Shown here in pieces: positions 56,401 through 64,000 of a stretch of 64,000 nt of DNA. Positions within the stretch are counted from its first letter, which is position 1. Each line of letters opens with the position of its first letter. The stretch is from Candidatus Pacearchaeota archaeon (GTDB lineage Archaea > Nanobdellota > Nanobdellia > Pacearchaeales > GW2011-AR1): positions 20,085 through 84,084 of the forward strand of contig JAAOYK010000051.1 of the NCBI GenBank assembly GCA_018221305.1. Reading direction: 5' to 3'. The notes beneath the pieces are model-generated. The model was not told the DNA's origin. It did no database searches and saw nothing but the letters and a program-made list of their open reading frames with translations. Made by a program: the position numbers and the translations under genes.

Positions 56401-57764
56401 TTCAAATCGACGAATCTCCAATTATAAATTCTAAAGGAAAAGTTATTGGAATGAGCGGGGCTATTAGTGACGTAACTAAAAAAAGATTACAAGACCAGAT
56501 AGTTAAAGAATCAGAATTAAAATACCATTCATTGTTTGATAATATGATAAATGCATTTGCATTACACGAAATTGTTTTAGACAAAAATAAAAATCCAATT
56601 GATTATATTTTCTTAGAAACAAATAATGCATTTACAAATCTCACAGGATTAAAAAAAGATATAATTGGAAAAAAAGTAACTCAGATCATTCCAGACATAA
56701 GAAAGCAAAAACCAGATTTAGTAAAAATTTACGGAGAAGTAGCTATTACAGGAAAACAAAAGAAATTTGAAATCTATTTCCCCCCATTAAAAAAATGGTT
56801 TGCAATCACAGCATTTAGTCCAAAAAAGAATCAATTTGCAGTAATCTTCGATGATATAACAGAAAAAAAGAAACAACAAGAAAAATTAAACCAGCAAAAT
56901 AAATTTCTCCAAAATATCTTAGATTCCTTAGATCATCCATTTTATGTAGTCGATGTAAAAACCCACAAAATAGAAATTGCAAATAAAAAAATGGGAAAAC
57001 TCCCAAAAAACGTTACCTGTCACAGATTAACCCACCATAATGATCTACCTTGCAAACCTCCAAAAGCTCCCTGCCCACTAGAAGTTATGAAAAAAACAAA
57101 AAGACCAGTTACTGTAAATCATATTCACTATGATAACAACAATAAACAAAAACATGTGGAAGTGCATGCATATCCGATTTTAGATGAAAAAGGCAATTTA
57201 ATCAAGATGATAGAGTATTCTCTTGATGTAACTGAAAAACAAAAAGTAGAACAAAAAATAAAACAAACAGCAGAAGAGTGGGAATCAACTTTCAATTCAA
57301 TACCAGATCTAATTTCAATTCATGATGAAAATTCTACAATAACCAGAGTAAACAAAGCATTCCTAAAAAAATTTAATTTACCTGAAGAAAAAATAATAGG
57401 GCAAAAATGTTACAGATTAATTCACAATAAAAATTCTCCAATAGATAAGTGTCCTGCAAAAGAAGCAATGCAAACTAAAAAACCTGTAACAGTAGAGTAT
57501 TTTGAACCCAAACTTAATGCACACCTTGAAGTAACTGCAAATCCAATTATTGATTCAAATAGAAAAATCAAAGGAATTGTCCATATTGTAAGAGACATAT
57601 CTGAAAAAAAGAAAGCAGAAAAAGAATTTTTACAAACAACAGAGAACCTAAACAAATTTAATAAGTTTGCAGTAGGCAGAGAACTTCAAATGGTTAATTT
57701 AAAAAAAGAAATAAATAACCTACTAAAAATGCAAGGAAGACCAACCAAGTATAATGCTGAATGA
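53478..57764 (+). CDS. Multi-PAS (about 11 PAS/PAC modules) cytoplasmic sensor protein lacking any canonical output domain
   Basis: 1428 aa. Recurrent PAS S-box patterns (e.g. WNNAAKEIFGYTKKEALG, ASDSVEKILGYRPEEIMGK). Ends in the coiled-coil peptide NKFAVGRELQMVNLKKEINNLL. No H-box or ATPase motifs. Confidence 0.85.
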   Translation: MKKRRVGTKKKSKGLITDNEFLAGLIQSSNQAFAAGLPDGTLFTVNQSFCELTGYSEKELLEKKDIWSKKITPKKWRDFENKKIQQAIETKKPTRYEKEYITKSGKIIPVEVFVQPTFDKNKNLKYIYGFITNITKKQQQQKELENIFNLSPDMFCICSPKGKFLKVNPACSKTLGYTTNEILKLGWAKLVHPEDIKRTDKEVKKQLKGSPVANFTNRFKCKNGSYKTLSWQATAAINGVVYATARDISEKKQIQEKIQFLSEISRQTSDSVITTDLDFKINWVNSAFEKLFGYSKKEVLGKTPDILNAEPLSKEIQSNIYKTISSKKIWTGEILNKKKNGDKFICSIKIFPILGGDGKIIAYASHQEDTTEKKKIKENIQNTNEKLEWHLQNTPIGYIEWDLDFKVKEWNNAAKEIFGYTKKEALGRHAAGLLIPESARKIVDKIWSDLLKNKGGARSTNKNFTKNKKSIVCDWFNTPLINKKGQVFGVASLIQDITEEKNKEKKIKENEEKFKNLLESTSDFIWEVDKNGKYVFASDSVEKILGYRPEEIMGKTPFDFMEKQEAEKISKKFIEIVSKKQPIKDLENLNITKDNKKVYLLTNGVPLLDKNKNIIGYRGVDKDITEKKQIEQKLSTQASLLQQVHNAIITINFDNEILSWNNYAEKLYQWKSEEAIGKNIIELLSPEEMKNKVKENFKDLNREGYWEGDFNVKRKDGSTVLAHIINTYLKDNQGENIGFIGISTDITEKRKREEALKESEERLKKYIEEMPESILISDLKGKTKFANKKFYDTFKFSEKEIIGKLPTCMIPKQDIPKIMANLKQISQRGSSPEFELQAITKNKQDRVIKCRGTLIKNNKNQPKEIIVIIRDVTEKIKQNKQIKDSEQKLKTIIEHSNEVFYIHDTNHKIIYISPQCKQIFGFTPQEMKVKWTTLTTNNPINDQGFKLTTTAIKTGQKQPNYVLEILRKDKSKRMIQIDESPIINSKGKVIGMSGAISDVTKKRLQDQIVKESELKYHSLFDNMINAFALHEIVLDKNKNPIDYIFLETNNAFTNLTGLKKDIIGKKVTQIIPDIRKQKPDLVKIYGEVAITGKQKKFEIYFPPLKKWFAITAFSPKKNQFAVIFDDITEKKKQQEKLNQQNKFLQNILDSLDHPFYVVDVKTHKIEIANKKMGKLPKNVTCHRLTHHNDLPCKPPKAPCPLEVMKKTKRPVTVNHIHYDNNNKQKHVEVHAYPILDEKGNLIKMIEYSLDVTEKQKVEQKIKQTAEEWESTFNSIPDLISIHDENSTITRVNKAFLKKFNLPEEKIIGQKCYRLIHNKNSPIDKCPAKEAMQTKKPVTVEYFEPKLNAHLEVTANPIIDSNRKIKGIVHIVRDISEKKKAEKEFLQTTENLNKFNKFAVGRELQMVNLKKEINNLLKMQGRPTKYNAE

Positions 57765-57789
57765 AAGGAGGTAAATAAAATAAATAATG
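57761..57789 (+). promoter_or_regulatory. Conserved translation-initiation leader with AGGAGGT Shine-Dalgarno (copy 1)
   Basis: ATGAAAGGAGGTAAATAAAATAAATAATG. 28 of 29 nt identical to 59807-59835. Confidence 0.6.
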
Positions 57790-58854
57790 GAAGAAAATAT
57801 ACAGACAAAAAAGAAAGTCAAGCTAATAGTAATTATCCCAATTGCCGTAGTTTTAATTATAATAATTATAGCAATGGTTTATTTGTTAATACCAAAAGAA
57901 ACTCAAATAGATACTGCAACAGAAACACCAGCAGCCACAGAAACAAATGCAAATTATGCAGGCAAAAAAATCCTTCATGTAGATTCGTATCATTCTGGAT
58001 ATGAATGGAGTGACGGAATAGCAAAAGGTATAGAAGATATTTTAAAAGATACTGGAATAACTTTAGAAAGAATAGAAATGGATACAAAGAGAAACAGCAA
58101 AGAAGAGTTCAAAAAAAATGCAGCAATAATTGTAAAACAAAAAATTGAATCAATGAGCCCTAATGTTGTAATTGTTAGTGATGATAATGCATTTAAATAT
58201 GTTGTTCAGGAGTATTACAAAGATGCAGACTTGCCAGTCGTATTCTGCGGATTAAACTGGGATGCAAATGTATATGGTGCACCCTACACCAATACTGCAG
58301 GCATGGTTGAAGTTGCTCTAACAAATCAGATAATTGAATATTTAAAACAATATTCAAATGAAGAAAAAATAGGATATTTATCAGCAAATACAACCACAGA
58401 AAAAAAGAATTTAGAAAACTATGAAAATTTATTAGATCTATCTTTTGAGAAGACCTACTTTGTAAATACAATGCAAGAATGGAAAAATGCATTTACTGCA
58501 CTTCAAACAGAAGTAGATTTAGTTATTTTTGAAAATAGTGCAGGGATTTCTGATTGGGATGAAACCGAGGCAGAATCATTTGCAGTAAAAAATACAAAAA
58601 TACCAATTGGAACAACCAATACATGGACAATGCAATCTTCCTTACTAGGATTAACAAAAGTTCCAGAAGAGCAAGGAGTTTGGTCAGCTAATGCAGCCCT
58701 TGAAATTTTAAATGGAAAAACACCTTTAGAAATAGGAACAACAAAAAACAAGCAAGGAAAACTAATCTTAAATTTAGAAATTGCAGAAAAACTAGAAGTG
58801 GTCTTTACGCCTTCAATGCTAAAAAATGCAGAAATAATTGGGGTTGAAAATTAA
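57787..58854 (+). CDS. Periplasmic binding protein, ABC_sub_bind (COG2984)-like, N-terminally anchored
   Basis: 355 aa with an N-terminal TM. KKILHVDSYHSGYEWSDGIAKG pattern. No ABC permease or ATPase nearby. Confidence 0.65.
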   Translation: MEENIQTKKKVKLIVIIPIAVVLIIIIIAMVYLLIPKETQIDTATETPAATETNANYAGKKILHVDSYHSGYEWSDGIAKGIEDILKDTGITLERIEMDTKRNSKEEFKKNAAIIVKQKIESMSPNVVIVSDDNAFKYVVQEYYKDADLPVVFCGLNWDANVYGAPYTNTAGMVEVALTNQIIEYLKQYSNEEKIGYLSANTTTEKKNLENYENLLDLSFEKTYFVNTMQEWKNAFTALQTEVDLVIFENSAGISDWDETEAESFAVKNTKIPIGTTNTWTMQSSLLGLTKVPEEQGVWSANAALEILNGKTPLEIGTTKNKQGKLILNLEIAEKLEVVFTPSMLKNAEIIGVEN

Positions 58855-58860
58855 GTAAAA

Positions 58861-59796
58861 ATGGTAAAACTAAACATTAGAAATAAAATCCTAATTGGAT
58901 TTGGAATTATACTAGGAATAGCTTTAATCTCGATGATTACAGTTTACACTGCAACTACAAACCTAAACAAACTATCCCAAGAATTGGCCCCCCTATCAAA
59001 GGATATAGGAATTTTAGAAAAACAAATAAAAACAAATCAACAAATAGAAAAACAACTAGAATTATTTATTCTTGTAAAAAGTCCTGAAAATAAAGAATTA
59101 TTACTTCAAAAAGTAGAAGAATCTCAAGACTACCTCGAGGAATCAGTTAATAGAAACCAAAAAAACAAAAATATCCTAGAATTTAAAGATTTACATGAAA
59201 AAGGGCATGAACAAATTTTACATTTAATTGAAGAAATAGAATCAAAAGTCTCAACAGCCCACATAAATCTCAAAGTAATTGAATCCTATAATTTAATAGA
59301 ACAGATAACAAATCTCGGTGAACAAATATCTCAAGAAAAAAGTAATCAATATGAGGCAATAATAATAAAACAAAAAAAAATCATTAAAAATTTACAAACT
59401 AATCTCTTAATCTCGGCCCTAATATTAATAATTTCAGGATCATTTTTATCAATTAAAATTTCGAAAACATTAACAAATCCAATAATCAAATTAAAAGATA
59501 CTGCAGAAAAGATAGGAAGGGGAAATCTAAATATTTTAGCAGAAATAAAAACCAATGATGAAATAGGTGAATTAGCAAACACTATTAATTTAATGACTAA
59601 TAAATTAAAGGCCTCAAGGAAACAACTACAAGATGCAAACAAAAACCTAGAGAAAAAGATAAAAAAAAGGATTCAAGATTCTGAATTAAAATCAAAAGAA
59701 TACGAGAGAATGAACAAATTCATGCTTGGAAGAGAAAATGTGATGGTTAAATTAAAAAGTGAGATAAAGGAATTAAAAGAACAATTGAAAAAATAA
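58861..59796 (+). CDS. TM sensor - HAMP - coiled-coil protein without output domain (HAMP-only, copy 1)
   Basis: 311 aa. TM1, ~160-aa helical extracytoplasmic region, TM2, HAMP (NDEIGELANTINLMTNKL). Ends EYERMNKFMLGRENVMVKLKSEIKELKEQLKK. Confidence 0.75.
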   Translation: MVKLNIRNKILIGFGIILGIALISMITVYTATTNLNKLSQELAPLSKDIGILEKQIKTNQQIEKQLELFILVKSPENKELLLQKVEESQDYLEESVNRNQKNKNILEFKDLHEKGHEQILHLIEEIESKVSTAHINLKVIESYNLIEQITNLGEQISQEKSNQYEAIIIKQKKIIKNLQTNLLISALILIISGSFLSIKISKTLTNPIIKLKDTAEKIGRGNLNILAEIKTNDEIGELANTINLMTNKLKASRKQLQDANKNLEKKIKKRIQDSELKSKEYERMNKFMLGRENVMVKLKSEIKELKEQLKK

Positions 59797-59806
59797 TAAA
59801 ATTTAA

Positions 59807-59835
59807 ATGAAAGGAGGTAAATAAAACAAATAATG
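59807..59835 (+). promoter_or_regulatory. Conserved translation-initiation leader with AGGAGGT Shine-Dalgarno (copy 2)
   Basis: ATGAAAGGAGGTAAATAAAACAAATAATG. Confidence 0.6.
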
Positions 59836-60717
59836 GAAATAAAAACATCAGATAACCAAAAAAATTTAAAAAAAGGACTTTTAATTATAGCCATAGTGAT
59901 TTTTATAGTTATAAGTTTGGTCCTCATTAGTTATAATCTATTTTCAAATAAAGAAGCAAAATTAGATCAAAATCAAGAAACAGAGTCTCAAGAAATTAAG
60001 GACATAAAATTAGAAACCAATAAAATAATTATTGCAAGTGGTGAATGGTCTCCATATGTCTCGGAAAATTTGCTTCAGGAGGGGGTAGTTTCTCGTATTG
60101 TAAGAGAATCATTTGAATTAAAAGGATTTGAAGTAGAATATGTATATCTTCCATGGGCAAGAAGCATGGAAGAAGCAAAAATTGGAAAATATCATGGGAC
60201 CTTTCCATGGATTAAAACTACTGAAAGAGAAGAATCCTTTTACTATTCAGTTCCAATTGCATATCAAAAAAATGTTTTTTTCCATAGAAAAGACACTGAT
60301 TTTAATTGGGCCACCTTGCAAGACTTAAAAAATTTAACAATTGGTGCAAATTCAGATTATTCCTATGGAGAAGAGGTCACTCAAGAAATTAACAATGGGA
60401 CTCTTACTGTGGAATACATAGTTGACGACAAGGCAAATATAAAAAAGTTACTTGCAAAAAGGGTCGATATCGTAATAGCAGATTTAGATGCAACTTCTGC
60501 TATTATTAAAAAATTAACCGAACAGGAACAAGAACAAATAACTTACCATCCAAGAGACATAACTCAGGACCCGCTATATCTCTTGTTAACCAAATCAATT
60601 ACTGAAAATAAAGAAACTATGGAAATTTTTAATTCTGGATTTAAACGTTTGCAAGAAAGCGGAAAAATAGAGCAATACTGGAACGAATCTAGAAACGGAG
60701 AATACACTCAAAAATAA
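59833..60717 (+). CDS. Periplasmic binding protein, family 3 (polar amino-acid type), N-terminally anchored
   Basis: 294 aa with an N-terminal TM. IIIASGEWSPYVSE...YLPWARSMEE pattern typical of SBP_bac_3. Confidence 0.65.
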   Translation: MEIKTSDNQKNLKKGLLIIAIVIFIVISLVLISYNLFSNKEAKLDQNQETESQEIKDIKLETNKIIIASGEWSPYVSENLLQEGVVSRIVRESFELKGFEVEYVYLPWARSMEEAKIGKYHGTFPWIKTTEREESFYYSVPIAYQKNVFFHRKDTDFNWATLQDLKNLTIGANSDYSYGEEVTQEINNGTLTVEYIVDDKANIKKLLAKRVDIVIADLDATSAIIKKLTEQEQEQITYHPRDITQDPLYLLLTKSITENKETMEIFNSGFKRLQESGKIEQYWNESRNGEYTQK

Positions 60718-60718
60718 C

Positions 60719-61573
60719 ATGATAAGAAAAAGTTTAATGGTTAAATTAAGTATAATTATCCTAATTATATCAACACTAGCATTTGCCTTACTTGGTTCTT
60801 TTGAATATAAATATGATTCAAAAGAGCTAAAAAAAGATTTAATAAATAGACTAGAATCAACATCAAAAAGACTATCAATAAGCTTAGATACGCCCTTGTA
60901 CACCTTTCAAGACCAAGGAATAAGAGACATCATACTCTCTGAAATAAGTGATCCTGAAATAATCGGGATATTTGTAATAGAAAATTCAAAAATTAATTCA
61001 AGTTATGGATATGCAAAATTAGAAGATAAAATAATAGAATCAAAAACATTTCCTGAGAAATCTAATAATATCTTGCAAATCAAGAACACAATTTCACATA
61101 AAGAAGAAAGTTTGGGAGAGGTTTATGTTTTTATTACAACAAATGTCTTAAAACAAAAATTAAAATCAGAATTAATAACTCATGCCATCCAAATAATTAT
61201 TATTAACATATCAATAACAATCCTATTAATCGCGCTACTTAAAATAATGATTATAAGCCCCCTAAATACTTTGCAAAAAGCAACATCTCAAATATCAAAA
61301 GGAAACTTAAATCAAAACATACAAATAAAATCAAAGGATGAAATAGGTGATCTTGCAAATACATTTCAAGAAATGACTAATAAATTAAAGATCTCAAGAA
61401 AGCAACTCCAAGATGCAAATAAAAATCTTGAATTAAAAATAAAACAAAGAACCTCAGAATTACAAAACAAAAATAAAGAATACGAACGGATGAACAAGTT
61501 CATGCTTGGAAGAGAAAATGAAATGGTTAAATTAAAAGAACAAATAAAAAAACTAAAAGAAAATAAAAAATGA
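60719..61573 (+). CDS. TM sensor - HAMP - coiled-coil protein without output domain (HAMP-only, copy 2)
   Basis: 284 aa. HAMP KDEIGDLANTFQEMTNKL. Ends EYERMNKFMLGRENEMVKLKEQIKKLKENKK. ATGA overlap with the kinase gene. Confidence 0.75.
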   Translation: MIRKSLMVKLSIIILIISTLAFALLGSFEYKYDSKELKKDLINRLESTSKRLSISLDTPLYTFQDQGIRDIILSEISDPEIIGIFVIENSKINSSYGYAKLEDKIIESKTFPEKSNNILQIKNTISHKEESLGEVYVFITTNVLKQKLKSELITHAIQIIIINISITILLIALLKIMIISPLNTLQKATSQISKGNLNQNIQIKSKDEIGDLANTFQEMTNKLKISRKQLQDANKNLELKIKQRTSELQNKNKEYERMNKFMLGRENEMVKLKEQIKKLKENKK

Positions 61574-63624
61574 AAATAAAAATTCAAACAAAAATTATTT
61601 CGGGATTCATTATAATAATCCTAATTGCAACTATTTTCTTTTACATATCAATCAATTCAAACAAAAAAAGTTTAGAAGAATCAATAGGACTACAGTCCTT
61701 GTTTCTAGCTCAAGAATCCCTCCAAAAAGCTGAAAGAGAAATTTATAGTAAAATCGAAATTTTTCAAGAGTATTCCCATGATACGGCCCTCCAAGAAGCA
61801 GTTTTGGCATCAAACAAAGAATTCAAAAATTTAACAAATATCTCTGAATATATCAATCAAAAAGACTCTGAATGGATTTCAGCACAAGAATCAAGAATAA
61901 CAGAATTTATGCAAAAGATATTAGAAAATGAACTATCCCTAGAATTAAAAGAAAAAACAAATTTCTGGGAAGAAGAATACAAGTATCCCATTTATGCAGA
62001 AGTATTTGTAACAAATAAATATGGAGCAAATATAGCTCAAACCGGAAAGACCTCTGATTATTATCAGGCAGACGAAATATGGTGGCAAAAAGCAAAAGAA
62101 CAAGAGTTATACATTGGAGAGCTTGAATATGATACGAGCGCAAAAGCTTTCTCTCTCCCAATTGCAATAAAAATTCATGATGAAAATAATAATTTCATAG
62201 GAACCATAAAAGTTGTTTTAGATATTAGAAATACAATAAATCTTTTAAAAGAGATAGAAATTACCCGGAAAATAGATTATCCTCTGCATCTTAAACTGTT
62301 AACTAACGATAAAAAATTAATCTATGCTACTGGAAAATACACAATCTTAAAAAATATGTCCAAAAGTGAGCTCTACGACAGAGTTAAAGGAAATCAAGGC
62401 TCTTTCATCATAATTGAAAAATATGAATCTGAAACAAAAAAAGAATTAATCGCATATGTTATTTCCAAAAAATCTCCAGATTTAAAATCCCTTGGATGGA
62501 CCCTATTTTTAGAACACGAATTAATCCAAATATTTGAACCCATAAACATTATGAAAAGAAATCTAATAATACTCGTAATAATTTTATCACTCACCGGCGC
62601 CATAATAACAATACTTATTTCATATTCTATTTCAAAGCCAGTATCCAAATTAAAAAAAGCCAGCTTTGAAATTGCTAAAGGAAACTTAAATCATGAAATA
62701 AATATTAAAAGTAGTGATGAAATTGGAGATTTAGCAAAATCCTTTACTGAAATGACTAAAAATTTAAAATTATATCAACAAAAACTAATTCAATCAGAAA
62801 AACAAAAAGGCAAGGGCCTTGAAATAGAAGTTGTAAAAAAAACTAAACAATTAAATGAACAACTTCAGGACTTAAACAATACAAAAACAGCAATATTAAA
62901 TATCATGGAAGATATGTCTCATGCAAATGAGGATTTAAAGGCATTAGACAAAGCAAAATCAAATTTCTTAAACATGATATCTCACGAACTAAAAACCCCA
63001 TTAACAGCATTAATTGCACACTTAGAAGTAATTGATGATATGAAAAGCGAGCTTCCAAAAGCAGAATTAAAAAGCCTTGAAGCAATAAGACGTAATGCAA
63101 ATAACCTACAAATGCTAATTGTTAACATATTAGAAATTGCAAGAATGGAATCAGGCAAATTTGAACTAACAAAAGGTGAAGTAAATATTCAAAATTCAAT
63201 TAACAATTTAATTAGTAGGCTAGAAATTTTAGCAAAACAAAAAAATCTACCAATAATCCCAAAAGTAGGAAAACTACCATTAATAAATGCAGACGAAAAC
63301 AGAATAAATGAGATACTTAACAATCTTACGACCAATGCAATTAAATTTACTGAAAAAGGCACCATCACAATTTCAGCAATAAAAAAAGGTAATTTTATTG
63401 AAATCTCTGTTAAAGACACAGGTGTTGGAATCCCAAAAGATAAAATTAAAAATTTATTTCGTAAATTTTATCAGGTTGATGCATCATTATCAAGAAGATA
63501 CGGAGGAACAGGATTAGGGTTATCAATTACACGCCAACTAATAGAATCACACGGGGGAAAGATCTGGGTAAAAAGTGATAAAGGCAAAGGTGCAACTTTC
63601 ACATTCACCTTACCAATTAAATAA
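61570..63624 (+). CDS. Sensor histidine kinase (TM - Cache-like periplasmic domain - TM - HAMP - HisKA - HATPase_c)
   Basis: 684 aa. H-box FLNMISHELKTPL, N-box NNLTTNAIKFT, G1 DTGVGIP, G2 GGTGLGLSI. Confidence 0.9.
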   Translation: MKIKIQTKIISGFIIIILIATIFFYISINSNKKSLEESIGLQSLFLAQESLQKAEREIYSKIEIFQEYSHDTALQEAVLASNKEFKNLTNISEYINQKDSEWISAQESRITEFMQKILENELSLELKEKTNFWEEEYKYPIYAEVFVTNKYGANIAQTGKTSDYYQADEIWWQKAKEQELYIGELEYDTSAKAFSLPIAIKIHDENNNFIGTIKVVLDIRNTINLLKEIEITRKIDYPLHLKLLTNDKKLIYATGKYTILKNMSKSELYDRVKGNQGSFIIIEKYESETKKELIAYVISKKSPDLKSLGWTLFLEHELIQIFEPINIMKRNLIILVIILSLTGAIITILISYSISKPVSKLKKASFEIAKGNLNHEINIKSSDEIGDLAKSFTEMTKNLKLYQQKLIQSEKQKGKGLEIEVVKKTKQLNEQLQDLNNTKTAILNIMEDMSHANEDLKALDKAKSNFLNMISHELKTPLTALIAHLEVIDDMKSELPKAELKSLEAIRRNANNLQMLIVNILEIARMESGKFELTKGEVNIQNSINNLISRLEILAKQKNLPIIPKVGKLPLINADENRINEILNNLTTNAIKFTEKGTITISAIKKGNFIEISVKDTGVGIPKDKIKNLFRKFYQVDASLSRRYGGTGLGLSITRQLIESHGGKIWVKSDKGKGATFTFTLPIK

Positions 63625-63670
63625 ACAATAAAAATATAAACATATGACACTTTGAAAGGGGGTTAAAAAA

Positions 63671-64000
63671 ATGACAAAAATACTTTACATTGAAGACAAT
63701 CAAGATACTGCTGAGGCAGTGAAAATAATCTTAACTAATGCAGGTTTCATCATAGAAACTGCAAACTCTGGGAAAAAAGGAACAGCACTAGCAAAAAAAG
63801 GGTTTGACATTTTCTTGCTTGATATAATGTTGCCTGACATGTCTGGATGGGACATTTTCGCAACACTTAAAAAAGAAGGCACAAAAGCAAAATTTGCGTT
63901 TTTATCTGCAATCCCAGTTTCTGGTGAACGAATGAATGAGCTAAAAAAAGCAGGAGTTTCAGATTACATCACAAAACCGTTTACAAAAGAGGACCTAGTA
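63671..64000 (+). CDS. Response regulator receiver domain (partial, runs off window)
   Basis: Hand translation: MTKILYIEDNQDTAEAVKIILTNAGFIIETANSGKKG...FDIFLLDIMLPDMSGWDIF...DYITKPFTKEDLV. AGGGGG SD upstream. Confidence 0.85.
   Translation, partial: MTKILYIEDNQDTAEAVKIILTNAGFIIETANSGKKGTALAKKGFDIFLLDIMLPDMSGWDIFATLKKEGTKAKFAFLSAIPVSGERMNELKKAGVSDYITKPFTKEDLV

Noticed and set aside
58861-61573. HAMP-only proteins as pseudogenised or truncated histidine kinases
   Set aside because: Two independent copies and the PAS protein all terminate right after the same conserved peptide. Stops are followed by tight or overlapping starts of intact genes (ATGA coupling). No H-box or ATPase remnants are visible in any downstream frame.
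1-64000. Search for rRNA, tRNA, CRISPR arrays, transposases/IS ends, integrases and prophage genes
   Set aside because: No GC-rich structured segments typical of tRNA or rRNA occur in any intergenic region. There are no regularly spaced 25-40-nt repeats with unique spacers, and no recognisable transposase or integrase motifs. The only repeats are the short promoter iterons and the intragenic protein repeats.
1-64000. Alternative assignment of the contig to a CPR (Patescibacteria) bacterium, suggested by the LtaS/UgtP-like genes, type I GAPDH, two-component system and strong SD sites
   Set aside because: Several features favour an archaeon with some bacterial-derived genes: short archaeal TIM, archaeal class I FBA, the archaeal PGK signature, the hydBGDA sulfhydrogenase, an Lrp/AsnC regulator, oligo-T terminators, and above all TATA boxes at a fixed ~26-nt distance from start codons. 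This cannot be proven without marker genes.

Overview
Strongly AT-rich, gene-dense 64-kb window, most consistent with a small-genome (DPANN-like) archaeon. Supporting evidence: a short archaeal-type triosephosphate isomerase, an archaeal class I FBP aldolase, an archaeal-type PGK (AHQGR motif), a group 3b [NiFe] sulfhydrogenase (hydBGDA order), Lrp/AsnC, RHH and wHTH regulators, and palindromic TTTATAAA boxes centred about 26 nt upstream of many start codons (leaderless archaeal promoter geometry).

Layout:
(i) 1-5.6 kb: envelope genes (M29 peptidase fragment, YjdF-like protein, LtaS-like sulfatase, MGDG-synthase-like GT, glf).
(ii) 5.75-10.9 kb: a five-gene cassette matching, enzyme family by enzyme family, the Campylobacter O-methyl-phosphoramidate (MeOPN) pathway. 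It is followed by a sulfotransferase-fold gene.
(iii) 12-22.9 kb: TctA-like transporter, PurF-like protein with Ser instead of the catalytic Cys1, glycosyltransferases, sugar kinases, PIG-L deacetylase, GDE-like hydrolase.
(iv) 22.9-29.4 kb: sulfhydrogenase, maturation protease, hypA/hypC.
(v) 29.4-36.7 kb: glycolytic supercluster (TIM, FBA, GH130, PfkB, PGK, type-I GAPDH) and purC.
(vi) 37.8-52.6 kb: cell-surface island with three small secreted proteins, a 2348-aa and a 1222-aa surface protein, four small DNA-binding proteins (one not in the ORF track) and three sets of phased DNA repeats in their promoters.
(vii) 52.9-64 kb: signalling operon. It encodes an ~11-PAS protein with no output domain, two duplicated [periplasmic binding protein + HAMP-only protein] modules, a Cache-HAMP histidine kinase and a response regulator.

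No rRNA, tRNA, CRISPR array or transposase was recognised. All functional calls rest on motif recognition by eye; no database search was run.
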